A stretch of DNA of 22,067 nucleotides from Nitrospinota bacterium (GCA_046581755.1 JAYGFR010000346.1:1-22067); one strand, 5' to 3'; shown: positions 9,235 through 17,555, counted from the stretch's first letter. A program made the numbers and translations. The notes: generated by a model not told the origin, from the letters alone.

Positions 9235-10115
9235 GTCTTTTTTGCCATCGTTCCAATAATATTCCGGCTGCATTTTACAAGATGTATCTAACGCTGGCGC
9301 TGGTTTTGCTCGCCGGTGGAGCCGCAGGCTGTGATTCGGGCCCTCCCAAGGAATCCATCTCCGGAACGATCCGTTTATCTCCTTCGCTCACCTCGAAGGC
9401 CCGAAGAACGAGGACCCTTTACATTATTTTAGATACTGGGCCCGGCCGGCCTCCTTTGGCTGTCCAGCGGTTGATTCGCGTGAAGTTTCCCTACGAATAC
9501 GTTTTAACAAAGGATGACATGATGTTCCGGGGGCGGCCTTTTTCAGGAAAGGTCAGGGTGCGTGCGCGGCTCGATTCGGATGGACGCGCCGGGCCGCTGG
9601 TCCGGGGAGACTACGAGGGAAAAAATCCGGCGCCCGTTTCAATTGGCGCCAGGAACGTGGACGTACTCATCGAGACGGCTGGCACGGCAGCGCCCCCCCG
9701 AAGGGCGAAAAGGCCCGCAACGCCGCCGAAAAGACCGTCGGCCCCGGTCCCGCCGGCCCGGAGGCCCGTGGCGGGCGGCCCGGATATATCGGGGACGATA
9801 AAAATCGCGCCCCGCCTCGCGAAAAAGGCGGCGAAGGTTCCTGTTCTCTTCATCATTGCCCGGACGGAAAAACCCGGTCCGCCGCTCGCGGTAGTGAAGG
9901 TGGCGAACCCGCGTTTCCCGTTTTCTTTCACGATATCCAGCCGGGATGTGATGGTACCGGGCCTTCGCTTCGAGGGCAGGGTGCGGATTACGGCCCGCCT
10001 CGATGCGGACGGAAATGCAGGCCGCCCCGTGCCGGGCGACATGGAGGGCCGCGCCCCAGGGCTCGTTCCCGTTGGGGCCAAGGGGGTGGTCATCACCGTG
10101 GACCGCGCCTACTAG
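9231..10115 (+). CDS. Predicted lipoprotein with two tandem CcmI/CycH C-terminal-like Ig domains
   Basis: Hydrophobic stretch plus AAGC lipobox. Two copies of ISGTI...PPLAV...FP...D-x-M...ARLD-x-DG-x-AG...GD-x-EG are joined by a Pro/Arg-rich linker. ATGA overlap with the pfkB stop; an alternative start lies at 9282. Confidence 0.72.
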   Translation: MSLFCHRSNNIPAAFYKMYLTLALVLLAGGAAGCDSGPPKESISGTIRLSPSLTSKARRTRTLYIILDTGPGRPPLAVQRLIRVKFPYEYVLTKDDMMFRGRPFSGKVRVRARLDSDGRAGPLVRGDYEGKNPAPVSIGARNVDVLIETAGTAAPPRRAKRPATPPKRPSAPVPPARRPVAGGPDISGTIKIAPRLAKKAAKVPVLFIIARTEKPGPPLAVVKVANPRFPFSFTISSRDVMVPGLRFEGRVRITARLDADGNAGRPVPGDMEGRAPGLVPVGAKGVVITVDRAY

Positions 10116-10179
10116 GGGGTGGGGGGCGAATATTTCGAAACGGTGGGGCCGAATAATTCAGAAAATGCGCATTTTTGTG

Positions 10180-10208
10180 TTGACACCGCCAATATAAGTG
10201 TATGTACA
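10180..10208 (+). promoter_or_regulatory. Candidate promoter (-35 TTGACA) with adjacent near-palindromic operator TGTATGTACA
   Basis: TTGACA at 10180-10185 and TGTATGTACA at 10199-10208. The -10 hexamer is not unambiguous. Confidence 0.45.
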
Positions 10209-10510
10209 TGTATTATCTGGATGGCGCCGAGCCGGCTACCGAGGTGCCGGACGCCTTCCACCGGGCCAAACGCCTGGACGCCCCCGTGGCCTGGAGATTC
10301 AGGCCGGCCGGGACCCTTGTCCCGGTTGCCGTGCCGACATCATCGCAACCGGACAGGCAAACAGTTCAGGCTCGGGCAGGCCCTGCGGCGATGCAGCCCG
10401 AATCCGGAAAAAGACGGATTTTGAGGGAAATTCGATTTTCGAGAATTTTGATTTGTAAAGAAGTCTGGTTTTGAAGAAGTTCGGTTCTGAAAAAAATGGG
10501 AGCGCCGGCG

Positions 10511-11005
10511 ATGGCCAAAAACATGACGGACAAAAAACCGATGAGTTCTCCAATGGGCCCCAAAGAGCGTGCGCTGTGCGATCGGGCCGCCTCGGAGTGC
10601 CTCGCCAACGGAATCCGGCTCGCCTCCCGCGCCGCCGGCCAGATGTACGACGACGCCCTGCGCCCGAGCGGCCTCCGGGGGACCCAGTTTTCCGTCCTGG
10701 CCGCCCTTTTCAAGATGGGCCCCTCCACCGTCACCGATCTCGGCGAGCGCCTTGTCCTCGACCGGACCACCCTCAGCCGGAACCTCCGGCCCCTCGAGCG
10801 GCGGGGCCTCGTCTCCTCCGCTCCCGGCCGCGACCGGCGCACCCGCTTTGTCCAGCTCACCGATCTGGGCCGGGAAACGCTCGCCCGCGCGCTTCCCCTC
10901 TGGGTTCGGGTCCAGGATGAACTCACCGCCGCCCTCGGCGAGAGCCGGGACCGCCGCCTGCGCGAGGACCTGGCGGCCACGGTTGGAGCGGCGCAAAAAA
11001 GGTGA
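10511..11005 (+). CDS. MarR family transcriptional regulator
   Basis: YDDALRPSGL-x-x-TQFSVL, LDRTTLSRNL-x-PLE-x-x-GLV and DRR-x-R-x-V-x-LT-x-x-G. GGGAG RBS before ATG 10511. Confidence 0.93.
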   Translation: MAKNMTDKKPMSSPMGPKERALCDRAASECLANGIRLASRAAGQMYDDALRPSGLRGTQFSVLAALFKMGPSTVTDLGERLVLDRTTLSRNLRPLERRGLVSSAPGRDRRTRFVQLTDLGRETLARALPLWVRVQDELTAALGESRDRRLREDLAATVGAAQKR

Positions 11006-11026
11006 AAATTTTTTTACGACATTAGG

Positions 11027-11036
11027 TGTATATACA
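11027..11036. promoter_or_regulatory. Palindromic candidate MarR operator TGTATATACA
   Basis: Perfect 10-bp palindrome in the AT-rich spacer after marR; 9/10 match to 10199-10208. Confidence 0.55.
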
Positions 11037-11144
11037 AATATCTAAAACAGGGAGGGAAAATGAAACGGGCAAGTTTTAAAAACAAAAGTGTATCACTCAT
11101 TCAATCGACGGCTCGATCTTTCGAGTGCCACAGGAGGAAATAGG

Positions 11145-11237
11145 ATGAAACCAAGAATTTTAGTGACCCCAGCGGCAGGCAAGACCGGCTCCCAAGTCGT
11201 GAGGCATCTCATCGAAGAGGAGTTTCCAGTGCGGGCC
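11145..11237 (+). pseudogene. N-terminal remnant of an NmrA-like NAD(P)-binding protein
   Basis: AGGAGG RBS then MKPRILVTPAAGKTGSQVVRHLIEEEFPVRA, which aligns to the N-terminus of the intact gene at 12536 (KPLVLVFGSSGKTGTPVVGQLLDRGFPVRA). Similarity stops after FPVRA. Confidence 0.8.
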
Positions 11238-11330
11238 GGCCGTGCCGTCGTGACGCTAAGAGCAACCCAAAGATCGCCGAGGCGGTCTTTTTCTAAGCGG
11301 CTGAAAGCCGCAAGAAAGGAGGAATCGGTC

Positions 11331-12425
11331 ATGAAGAAGTGGAAGAGAAACGTTGCCTGGATGGTATTCGCCTTGGTCTTGAGCGCGGCATCGCCGCCCG
11401 CGGGGGCGGAGCCGCACCCGGGAATTCCGGGTGGGTTCGTCCCGCCTCTCGACCCCACGGGCATCGAACTCAAGACGAAGAGGCTCGCCCCGGGCGTCTA
11501 CGCCCTGCTCGCGGGGCATGGCGCGGTCGACAACAGTGGCTTCGTGGTCGGCGACCGCGGGGTGCTCGTGATCGACGCCCACATCAACGGCGCCATGGCG
11601 CGTCAGATCCAGGCGGCGGTACGCCGGGTCACCGACAAGCCCATCCTGTATCTGGTGAACACGAACTTCCACGAGGATCACACATTCGGCAACTACGCCT
11701 TCCCGGCTTCGACGCAGATCGTCGCCCACCGCAAGACGGCTGAGCGCATGCGCCACTTCGAGGAGGAGAAAGCGCTCATCCTGCTCACGGTGAACAACAA
11801 GTCCGATGTTCTGGCCGATGTGCGGCTCCGGATTCCCGACGTGGTGTTCGACAGCTTCATGTGGATCGACCTGGGCGGCCGCGTCGTGGAGGTCCACCAT
11901 TTCGGCGCGGGCAACACGCCGGGCGACACCGTGATCTACGTGCCCGAGGCCCGCGTGGCCTGGACGGGCAACCTCGTCGTGGGTGAGGGGATGATTCCGC
12001 CCATCTTCGAGGGCAACGCGAGCGCCTACCTCAAGACCATCGCCCGCTTCGCGGCGGCCCTGGAGGTGGAGACCATCATCCCCGGCCACGGCGCGCTGGC
12101 GACGGGGAGCAATCTGAGCCTCTACGTCCATTACCTGAGCGATCTGATCCAGGCGGTGAGGCGCGCCGTGCGCGAGGGCAAGACGCTGGAGGAGACCGTG
12201 GCACAAATGCCGGGGTTGAAGAAGTTCGCCCCGCCGAAGGACCACCCGCTCAACGAGTTCATAGCCGGCCTTCACCGACGGGATGCTTGCTCAAGACAAT
12301 CCAAATTGGCTGGCGACGGCGGAGCGCCAACTGCCAAACCTGATGGTTCAGAAAAAATTGAGGCAACAATAGATGGAAGTACCGGTCACGACGGGGCGAG
12401 GCCGTTCGCAGCGGCAGTTGCTTGA
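11331..12425 (+). CDS. Secreted MBL-fold protein (cyclase/glyoxalase II-like), with non-homologous C-terminal tail
   Basis: AAGGAGG RBS and signal peptide MKKWKRNVAWMVFALVLSAASPPAGA. Motifs NSGFVVG, VLVIDA, NTNFHEDH, GNTPGD and IPGHG. Similarity to the paralogue ends near GLHR (~12278). Confidence 0.85.
   Translation: MKKWKRNVAWMVFALVLSAASPPAGAEPHPGIPGGFVPPLDPTGIELKTKRLAPGVYALLAGHGAVDNSGFVVGDRGVLVIDAHINGAMARQIQAAVRRVTDKPILYLVNTNFHEDHTFGNYAFPASTQIVAHRKTAERMRHFEEEKALILLTVNNKSDVLADVRLRIPDVVFDSFMWIDLGGRVVEVHHFGAGNTPGDTVIYVPEARVAWTGNLVVGEGMIPPIFEGNASAYLKTIARFAAALEVETIIPGHGALATGSNLSLYVHYLSDLIQAVRRAVREGKTLEETVAQMPGLKKFAPPKDHPLNEFIAGLHRRDACSRQSKLAGDGGAPTAKPDGSEKIEATIDGSTGHDGARPFAAAVA
12283..12372 (+). 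pseudogene. Probable C-terminal remnant of an NmrA-like protein (alternative frame under the MBL tail)
   Basis: Translates MLAQDNPNWLATAERQLPNLMVQKKLRQQ*, resembling the C-terminal LAH-D/E-x-x-x-W-x-x-x-AE-x-Q-x-LNLL tail I recall from long NmrA-like proteins. Base composition changes at this point. Confidence 0.45.
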
Positions 12426-12535
12426 ATCGCGGCGGTCAAAACCACCCTACTTCCTTCAAAACGGTCCAGGCGGAATGAGAGGATTTTCGAATGTCCCCAA
12501 TCCGTCTGCACCGCCACACTCAGGGAGTATCCACC

Positions 12536-13438
12536 ATGTCGAAACCATTGGTACTCGTATTCGGATCCTCAGGAAAAACGGGCACACCCGTCGTAGGGCA
12601 GTTGCTGGACCGAGGGTTCCCCGTTCGCGCGGTTGTTCACCAGCTAGACGATCGCTCCGAGCGGCTACAGGCTCTTGGCGCTGAAATTTTCGTCGGTGAT
12701 TTTCTCGACCTGGTTTCCGTGCGAGATGCCATGCGGGGCGTCAAGCGGGTCTACTTCTATTTTCCAGCTCAAAACGATCGTTTGATCGAAGCGACAACCA
12801 ACATCGCTATCGCTGCACGGGATGAGGGCGTGGAAGCGCTCGTGAACATGTCTCAGATGCCAGTGCGTGAAGGAGCCAGGAGCCCGCTTACGCATCACCA
12901 TTGGCTGGCCGAGCGTATTTTCGATTGGGCCGGCGTTGGCGCATCGCATATTCGCCCCACCTTCTTCGCGGAAAATCTCTACCGCCTCAACGGAAAAAGC
13001 ATTTCCGCAGAGGGCAAGATGTATCTTCCCTTTGGTGAGGGAAAGCATGCGCCGATAGCGGCCGAGGACATCGCCCGTGTTGTCGCCGGAATTCTGGAAG
13101 ACCCTGAGCCCCACGTTGGTCGGCATTACATCCTCACTGGCCCCCGGGACATGACGATGCCGGAAATCGCCGAGATTCTTGCGAAGGAACTCGACAAACC
13201 CGTCGAGTATGTGAACCCGCCGATTGCCGAGTGGCGGCGTGCGCTGGTGGAGAAGATTGGGTTCCCCGAGTTTCTGGCAACCCATCTGGCGGCGGTGGCC
13301 CAAGACCATCAAGAGGGCATCTTCAGCGCGGAAACGGACGTTGTCGAGAGGATCGGCGGCCAGGCGCCGCAGTCCCTCGAGGATTTCGTTCGAGCCAACA
13401 AAGCCGAATTCACAAATGTATTGACAGCGGTGGAATAG
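12536..13438 (+). CDS. NmrA family NAD(P)-binding protein (atypical SDR)
   Basis: G-x-x-G-x-x-G (GSSGKTG), H-x-x-AE, IRPTFFAEN, EDIARV and Y-x-LTGP. GGGAG RBS. Confidence 0.92.
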   Translation: MSKPLVLVFGSSGKTGTPVVGQLLDRGFPVRAVVHQLDDRSERLQALGAEIFVGDFLDLVSVRDAMRGVKRVYFYFPAQNDRLIEATTNIAIAARDEGVEALVNMSQMPVREGARSPLTHHHWLAERIFDWAGVGASHIRPTFFAENLYRLNGKSISAEGKMYLPFGEGKHAPIAAEDIARVVAGILEDPEPHVGRHYILTGPRDMTMPEIAEILAKELDKPVEYVNPPIAEWRRALVEKIGFPEFLATHLAAVAQDHQEGIFSAETDVVERIGGQAPQSLEDFVRANKAEFTNVLTAVE

Positions 13439-13539
13439 GACAGCGAATCGACTGTCCTCGGAGCGTCGTCTGAAGAGGCGGCAACAGGCTCTGGGCCTCA
13501 AACATCCGGCAACCCGAAACGATTGGAGGTTATTGGCTG

Positions 13540-14019
13540 ATGAATGTTCAGGCAATATTCGGACTTCAGTTTTTCTTGAGCATAGTTTTGTGGGGCGCAA
13601 TCACGAAGTGGTTGCTGAATCCCTGGCTGGATGAAAAGCCGCCAAACGAAGCACTTTCCTGGCTGGCACTGCCCCATGCGTCCCGCCATATTGGAATGGT
13701 GTTCCTTGTCCCCGGCGTCGTTGCACAGCCACTGCCGGAAGCGTTCGCAAATCCCGCAGCTTATGGGGATTTGGCCGCGGGCGTTCTGGCCCTGCTGGCC
13801 TTCATCGCCCTTCGGACGAACTGAGCCGGGGCGCTGGCGCTGACCTGGCTCTTCAACATCGTCGGCGCGGTGGACCTGCTCTACGCCGTGACCGTGGGCA
13901 CCTTACACGGGGCGACCGCCGGGATGGGAGCCACTTGGTACATCCCCACATTTGTAGTTCCCATGCTCCTGGTGACGCACTTCATGATTTTTGCGCGGCT
14001 GCTCGGGCGGAATGATTAA
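13540..14019 (+). pseudogene. Integral membrane protein gene interrupted by one in-frame TGA (13822-13824)
   Basis: GGAGG RBS. After the TGA the frame continues AGALALTWLFNIVGAVDLLYA...WYIPTFVVPMLLVTHFMIFARLL to TAA at 14019, completing a hydrophobic multi-TM protein. Confidence 0.8.
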
Positions 14020-14044
14020 AGGTTCCAAAGGTTCCAAAGGTTCC
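14018..14044. repeat. Tandem repeat (AAAGGTTCC)x3
   Basis: Three exact 9-bp units between convergent genes. Confidence 0.9.
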
Positions 14045-14076
14045 CGGGCGATCATCGATCGTATGAAATTCGTGCC

Positions 14077-14613
14077 TTATTTTACAGGGGCTGACGCCTT
14101 GGGCTGGGGCATGGGCTGAATTTTAAATGTGCCTGACTTTTCCGGGTTCGTTTCCTTTTCAACGACCACCCCGACGAACTGGCCGAGCAACCCGATGATC
14201 TGGCCGATCAACCCGATGATCTGACCGATCGCCCCGGACAGGGCCGATTTTATAATCTGCTTCCTTGCCTTGAGCGGTGTAATTTCGAAATGATACTTCT
14301 GCCCTGCCTTGAATTCGTGGAAGATGGAATATTCCCCGAGCGCATCGAATGACGAAACCGTGATCTTGGTTTTCCCGGTACTGATGTCCAGCGCAATATT
14401 ATCGTCGTTCGGCAGGGAGGCGGCCCTTTTCCCGTTGATGTCTATCTTGGCATCCAGCACCATGGCGTACAGCGCATCCGGCCTGGAGAAGATGACCCTT
14501 GCCTTTCCCTTGGCAAGCGGGGGCATCTTTGGAATCAGCGCGGCGTTGCGCCCGGGGCAGCCGTAAAGGGCAAGGCAAACCAACAGGAAAAAGGTCCCCC
14601 ATTTACGCCCCAT
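14077..14613 (-). CDS. DUF2846-like lipoprotein
   Basis: LYGC lipobox, GKARVIFSRP, I-x-ING and AGQKYHF motifs, and a Gly-rich GQIIG tail. Confidence 0.7.
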   Translation of the reverse strand: MGRKWGTFFLLVCLALYGCPGRNAALIPKMPPLAKGKARVIFSRPDALYAMVLDAKIDINGKRAASLPNDDNIALDISTGKTKITVSSFDALGEYSIFHEFKAGQKYHFEITPLKARKQIIKSALSGAIGQIIGLIGQIIGLLGQFVGVVVEKETNPEKSGTFKIQPMPQPKASAPVK

Positions 14614-14766
14614 AGCGCACCTCTCCAGCTTCCTTGGTGCGGGACAGATTAACCCATTTTATGTTTTCCATATCATCGTTCGTGGCGCAAAATTCCTTAG
14701 AACCCCAATCGCGATTGCGGCCCGCGCATTTTGTCGATCTTCCTCGCTGCCGTCTCCGCCAAGGGG

Positions 14767-15159
14767 CTAAAGCACCTCCCGGCTCCCGTCCGAGTAAGAT
14801 ATTTTAATGGTGAGCGTGCCTTCGTTCATGAGCCAGGGGCGCACGGTGAAGGTCCGCGCCCTGCTCGAGTGCATGGGGTCGGCCTCGGCGATTTTTCTGG
14901 CCTCGGCGAGCGAGTCCGCCCGGACGATCACCATGCCGTCGCCCTCCCAACCTTTTTCGTCCTCGGTCCAGTGCGGGCCGGCGCCGAACATGATGCCCTT
15001 CCGTTCGATCTCGAGCTGGTATTCCAGGTGCGCCTCGAGGTTTTCCATGACCGGGCCCATGCCCCCGGCCGGGGTGGTGAAATAGACGTACATCTGTTTT
15101 TGTAGCATGCCCTTGCTGGCGTTCAGGACATCCTGGGCGCTGACCCGGGGCTCGGACAT
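14767..15159 (-). CDS. YciI family protein
   Basis: AHLEY, AGP, GMVIVRADSL-x-EA-x-x-IAEADPMH and VRPW. AAGGAG RBS before ATG 15159. Confidence 0.88.
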   Translation of the reverse strand: MSEPRVSAQDVLNASKGMLQKQMYVYFTTPAGGMGPVMENLEAHLEYQLEIERKGIMFGAGPHWTEDEKGWEGDGMVIVRADSLAEARKIAEADPMHSSRARTFTVRPWLMNEGTLTIKISYSDGSREVL

Positions 15160-15278
15160 CGAGAGTCTCCTTTCGCGAATCGGTTCCGGCGGCGGCGCCG
15201 CCACGGGTGCAATATGAGGGGTGAGTCTATCTTCCGGCGCTAGCAGTGGCCACCCGACGGGCCGGGCCGCCGCTCCCC

Positions 15279-15330
15279 TCCGCTGGCGGGAGTGGGAGGG
15301 ATGGGGGATAATCGGCGCTTCCGTTGACAA
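15279..15330 (+). repeat. Direct repeat copy 1 (~52 bp)
   Basis: TCCGCTGGCGGGAG...ATGGGGGATAATCG...CTTCCGTTGA; 44/52 ungapped identity to 16379-16430. Confidence 0.85.
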
Positions 15331-15409
15331 ACGAGTCTCCGGGCGATCTTCACCCGGATAAAATATCGCCTTGTTTCACCGATGCAGGGCATGGGTAGAG
15401 GAGTTCGAT

Positions 15410-16339
15410 ATGAGCGGAAATAAAAAGGTTCTCGAATGGGCGGATTTTCCCGCCGATTTCGTGAAATTCAAGCTCAACCCCACTCTGGCGCATCTGGAGA
15501 CGAAGGAGCTTGCGCCGGGCGTCTATGCGCTGCTCTCGTCCATCCCCGGCGTCGATAACGCCGGATTCGTGGTGGGCGATCGGGGGGTGCTCGTCATCGA
15601 CGCGCACATCAGCGTGCCCATGGCGAGGCAGATCCAGGAGCGGGTGCGGGAGGTGACGGACAAGCCCATCGTCTATCTCGTCAACTCGAACTATCACGGC
15701 GATCACACGTTCGGGAACTGTGCCTTTCCCCCGGAGACGCTGGTCGTCCAGCACCGGCGGACGGCGGAGCTCGTCCCGTATATGGACGAGGAGATGGCGT
15801 TCATGATCCCCTGCGTGGATGGCGACTCGAAAATCTTCGAGGGGGTGGAGCTCCGCCTGCCTGACATTGTGTTCGCCGACTGGCTCCGCCTCGATCTGGG
15901 GGGGCGGATTGTGGAGGTCCACCATTTCGGCCCAGCGAACACGCCCGGCGATACGATCACCTATGTTCCCGAGGCGAAGGTGGCCTGGACCGGAAACATG
16001 ACGGGCGGAATTTTCGGCCTCGCGCTGGAGAGCAACGCGGCCACTTTTCTGGCCACCGTCTCGCGCTTCGTAAACGCCCTCGACGTGGAAACCCTCGTGC
16101 CCGCGCACATGCCGCTTGCCGGGGCGGACCTGCTCGGGAGATATCTTCTCTACTTCACCGAGGTGACGATCGCGGTGAGGGCGGCCGTCGCCGCGGGATG
16201 GCCGCTAGAGGAGACGCTCGAGAAGGTCCCGCAAAGCGAGATGTTCTCCCTTCCGGCGGACGATCCCCGTGCCGGCTTCATGAGGGGCCGCCACCGCTAC
16301 AACGTGCAAAAAACCTACCTGGCTTTTTCGGGGAAGTGA
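15410..16339 (+). CDS. MBL-fold protein (cyclase-like), cytoplasmic paralogue of 11331-12425
   Basis: GAGGAG RBS. NAGFVVGDRGVLVIDAH, NSNYHGDH, ANTPGD, WTGNM and VPAH. Confidence 0.9.
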   Translation: MSGNKKVLEWADFPADFVKFKLNPTLAHLETKELAPGVYALLSSIPGVDNAGFVVGDRGVLVIDAHISVPMARQIQERVREVTDKPIVYLVNSNYHGDHTFGNCAFPPETLVVQHRRTAELVPYMDEEMAFMIPCVDGDSKIFEGVELRLPDIVFADWLRLDLGGRIVEVHHFGPANTPGDTITYVPEAKVAWTGNMTGGIFGLALESNAATFLATVSRFVNALDVETLVPAHMPLAGADLLGRYLLYFTEVTIAVRAAVAAGWPLEETLEKVPQSEMFSLPADDPRAGFMRGRHRYNVQKTYLAFSGK

Positions 16340-16378
16340 GCCCGCCGCCGGAGGGGGGAGGGGCTGTTTGAGGGCGCA

Positions 16379-16430
16379 TCCGCTGGCGGGAGCGGAGGGA
16401 ATGGGGGATAATCGCGCCTTCCGTTGAAAA
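16379..16430 (+). repeat. Direct repeat copy 2 (~52 bp)
   Basis: Matches 15279-15330 at an offset of exactly 1100 bp. Confidence 0.85.
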
Positions 16431-16506
16431 CCGGCCGTTAAAAACTGAAACGGCGAACGCGCTTCCATCCGGAGAATTTTTCGTCCTTTTACTGAGGAGA
16501 GCAAAA

Positions 16507-17520
16507 GTGATTATCGACCCGCACGCACACATCGCGCCGGAGAGTTTTATCGACGATGTCCGGAAAAAGCGCTTTGGCAAGGCGGTCACCATCCAAAAGG
16601 GCAAGCCCTGGGAGCTGCTCGTTACGCGATCGAAGGTGCTCGGAGTGGACCGCGTCCACAAGAACATTCTCCCCGTGGGAACCTACGATACCGCGCAACG
16701 GCTGAAGGGGATGAAGAAGCAGAACGTGGACATGCAGATTCTCTCGGTGGTCCCGCCGATGACCCACTACGCGCTCGACAAGGGACTCAACCGTGAACTC
16801 TCCGCCTCGCTGAACGAGGCGCTGATCGGGATGACGAAGGAGTACCCCGACAAGTTTCGCTGCATGGCCCAGATTCCGCTCCAGGACCCCAAGGTCGCCG
16901 CGAAGGAGCTCCAGCGCGCCGTCAAGGCGGGCCACCTGGGTTGCCAGATCGGCTCGAACGTCGCGGGCAAGAATCTCGACGACCGGGCGCTCGACCCGGT
17001 GTGGCGGATGGCGGTCAAGCTCGACGTGCCCGTCTTCATCCATCCGGTCGATGTCATGGGGGTGAACGACCGGCTCAAGGATTATTACCTGCGCAATTTC
17101 ATCGGGAACCCGCTCGACACGACCATCGCCGCAGCGAGCTTGATTTTCGGCGGGGTGTTCGACCGGTTTCCGAAGGTTAAGTTCCTGCTCTCGCACGTAG
17201 GCGGCTTCACGCCTTGGATCCGCGGCCGGTGGCAGCACGGCTACGGCGAGCGGGCCGAGCCCAAGGTGAACAAAGCGAAGGCGCCCGAGAACTACTACAA
17301 GAAGTTCTACTACGACACCATTATCCACAACGCCGACGCCCTCGAGTTCGCCGTCAAGTCCCTGGGCGTGGGCCGTATCCTCTACGGGACGGATTATCCC
17401 TTCGACATGGGAAACCTGAGACTGGCGGAGAAGATCCCGGGCCTCTCGCGGTTCTCGAAAAAAGATCAGAAACGGATTCTCTTCGATAACGTGAAAAAGC
17501 TTTACAAGCTCAAGGTTTGA
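16507..17520 (+). CDS. Amidohydrolase_2 family protein, ACMSD-like decarboxylase (copy 1)
   Basis: ID-x-HAH, PLQDP, VFIHP, GGVFDRFP, SHVGG and YGTDYPF. GAGGAG RBS before the GTG start. Confidence 0.9.
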   Translation: MIIDPHAHIAPESFIDDVRKKRFGKAVTIQKGKPWELLVTRSKVLGVDRVHKNILPVGTYDTAQRLKGMKKQNVDMQILSVVPPMTHYALDKGLNRELSASLNEALIGMTKEYPDKFRCMAQIPLQDPKVAAKELQRAVKAGHLGCQIGSNVAGKNLDDRALDPVWRMAVKLDVPVFIHPVDVMGVNDRLKDYYLRNFIGNPLDTTIAAASLIFGGVFDRFPKVKFLLSHVGGFTPWIRGRWQHGYGERAEPKVNKAKAPENYYKKFYYDTIIHNADALEFAVKSLGVGRILYGTDYPFDMGNLRLAEKIPGLSRFSKKDQKRILFDNVKKLYKLKV

Positions 17521-17555
17521 AACCGAACCCCGGGGCCGCTTGAGAGGAGGCAAGG

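Noticed and set aside
11060..11143. 27-aa ORF MKRASFKNK... with a good RBS after the operator
   Set aside because: No recognisable similarity; it could be a remnant or leader peptide but cannot be supported from sequence alone.
11088..12425. 445-aa ORF as a single protein
   Set aside because: It joins an NmrA remnant, a spacer and an MBL gene that has its own RBS and signal peptide at 11331.
13822..13824. Selenocysteine or TGA=Trp recoding
   Set aside because: Loop position in a membrane protein with no redox motif and no evident SECIS; TGA is used as a normal stop elsewhere in the window.
15410..16339. Metallo-beta-lactamase resistance gene (B2-like NxHxD)
   Set aside because: Lacks the His196 and Cys221 equivalents of B2 enzymes; overall motifs fit cyclase-like MBL-fold proteins.
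15279..16430. CRISPR array or IS element
   Set aside because: Only two imperfect direct copies 1.1 kb apart; no spacers, cas genes, transposase or terminal inverted repeats.
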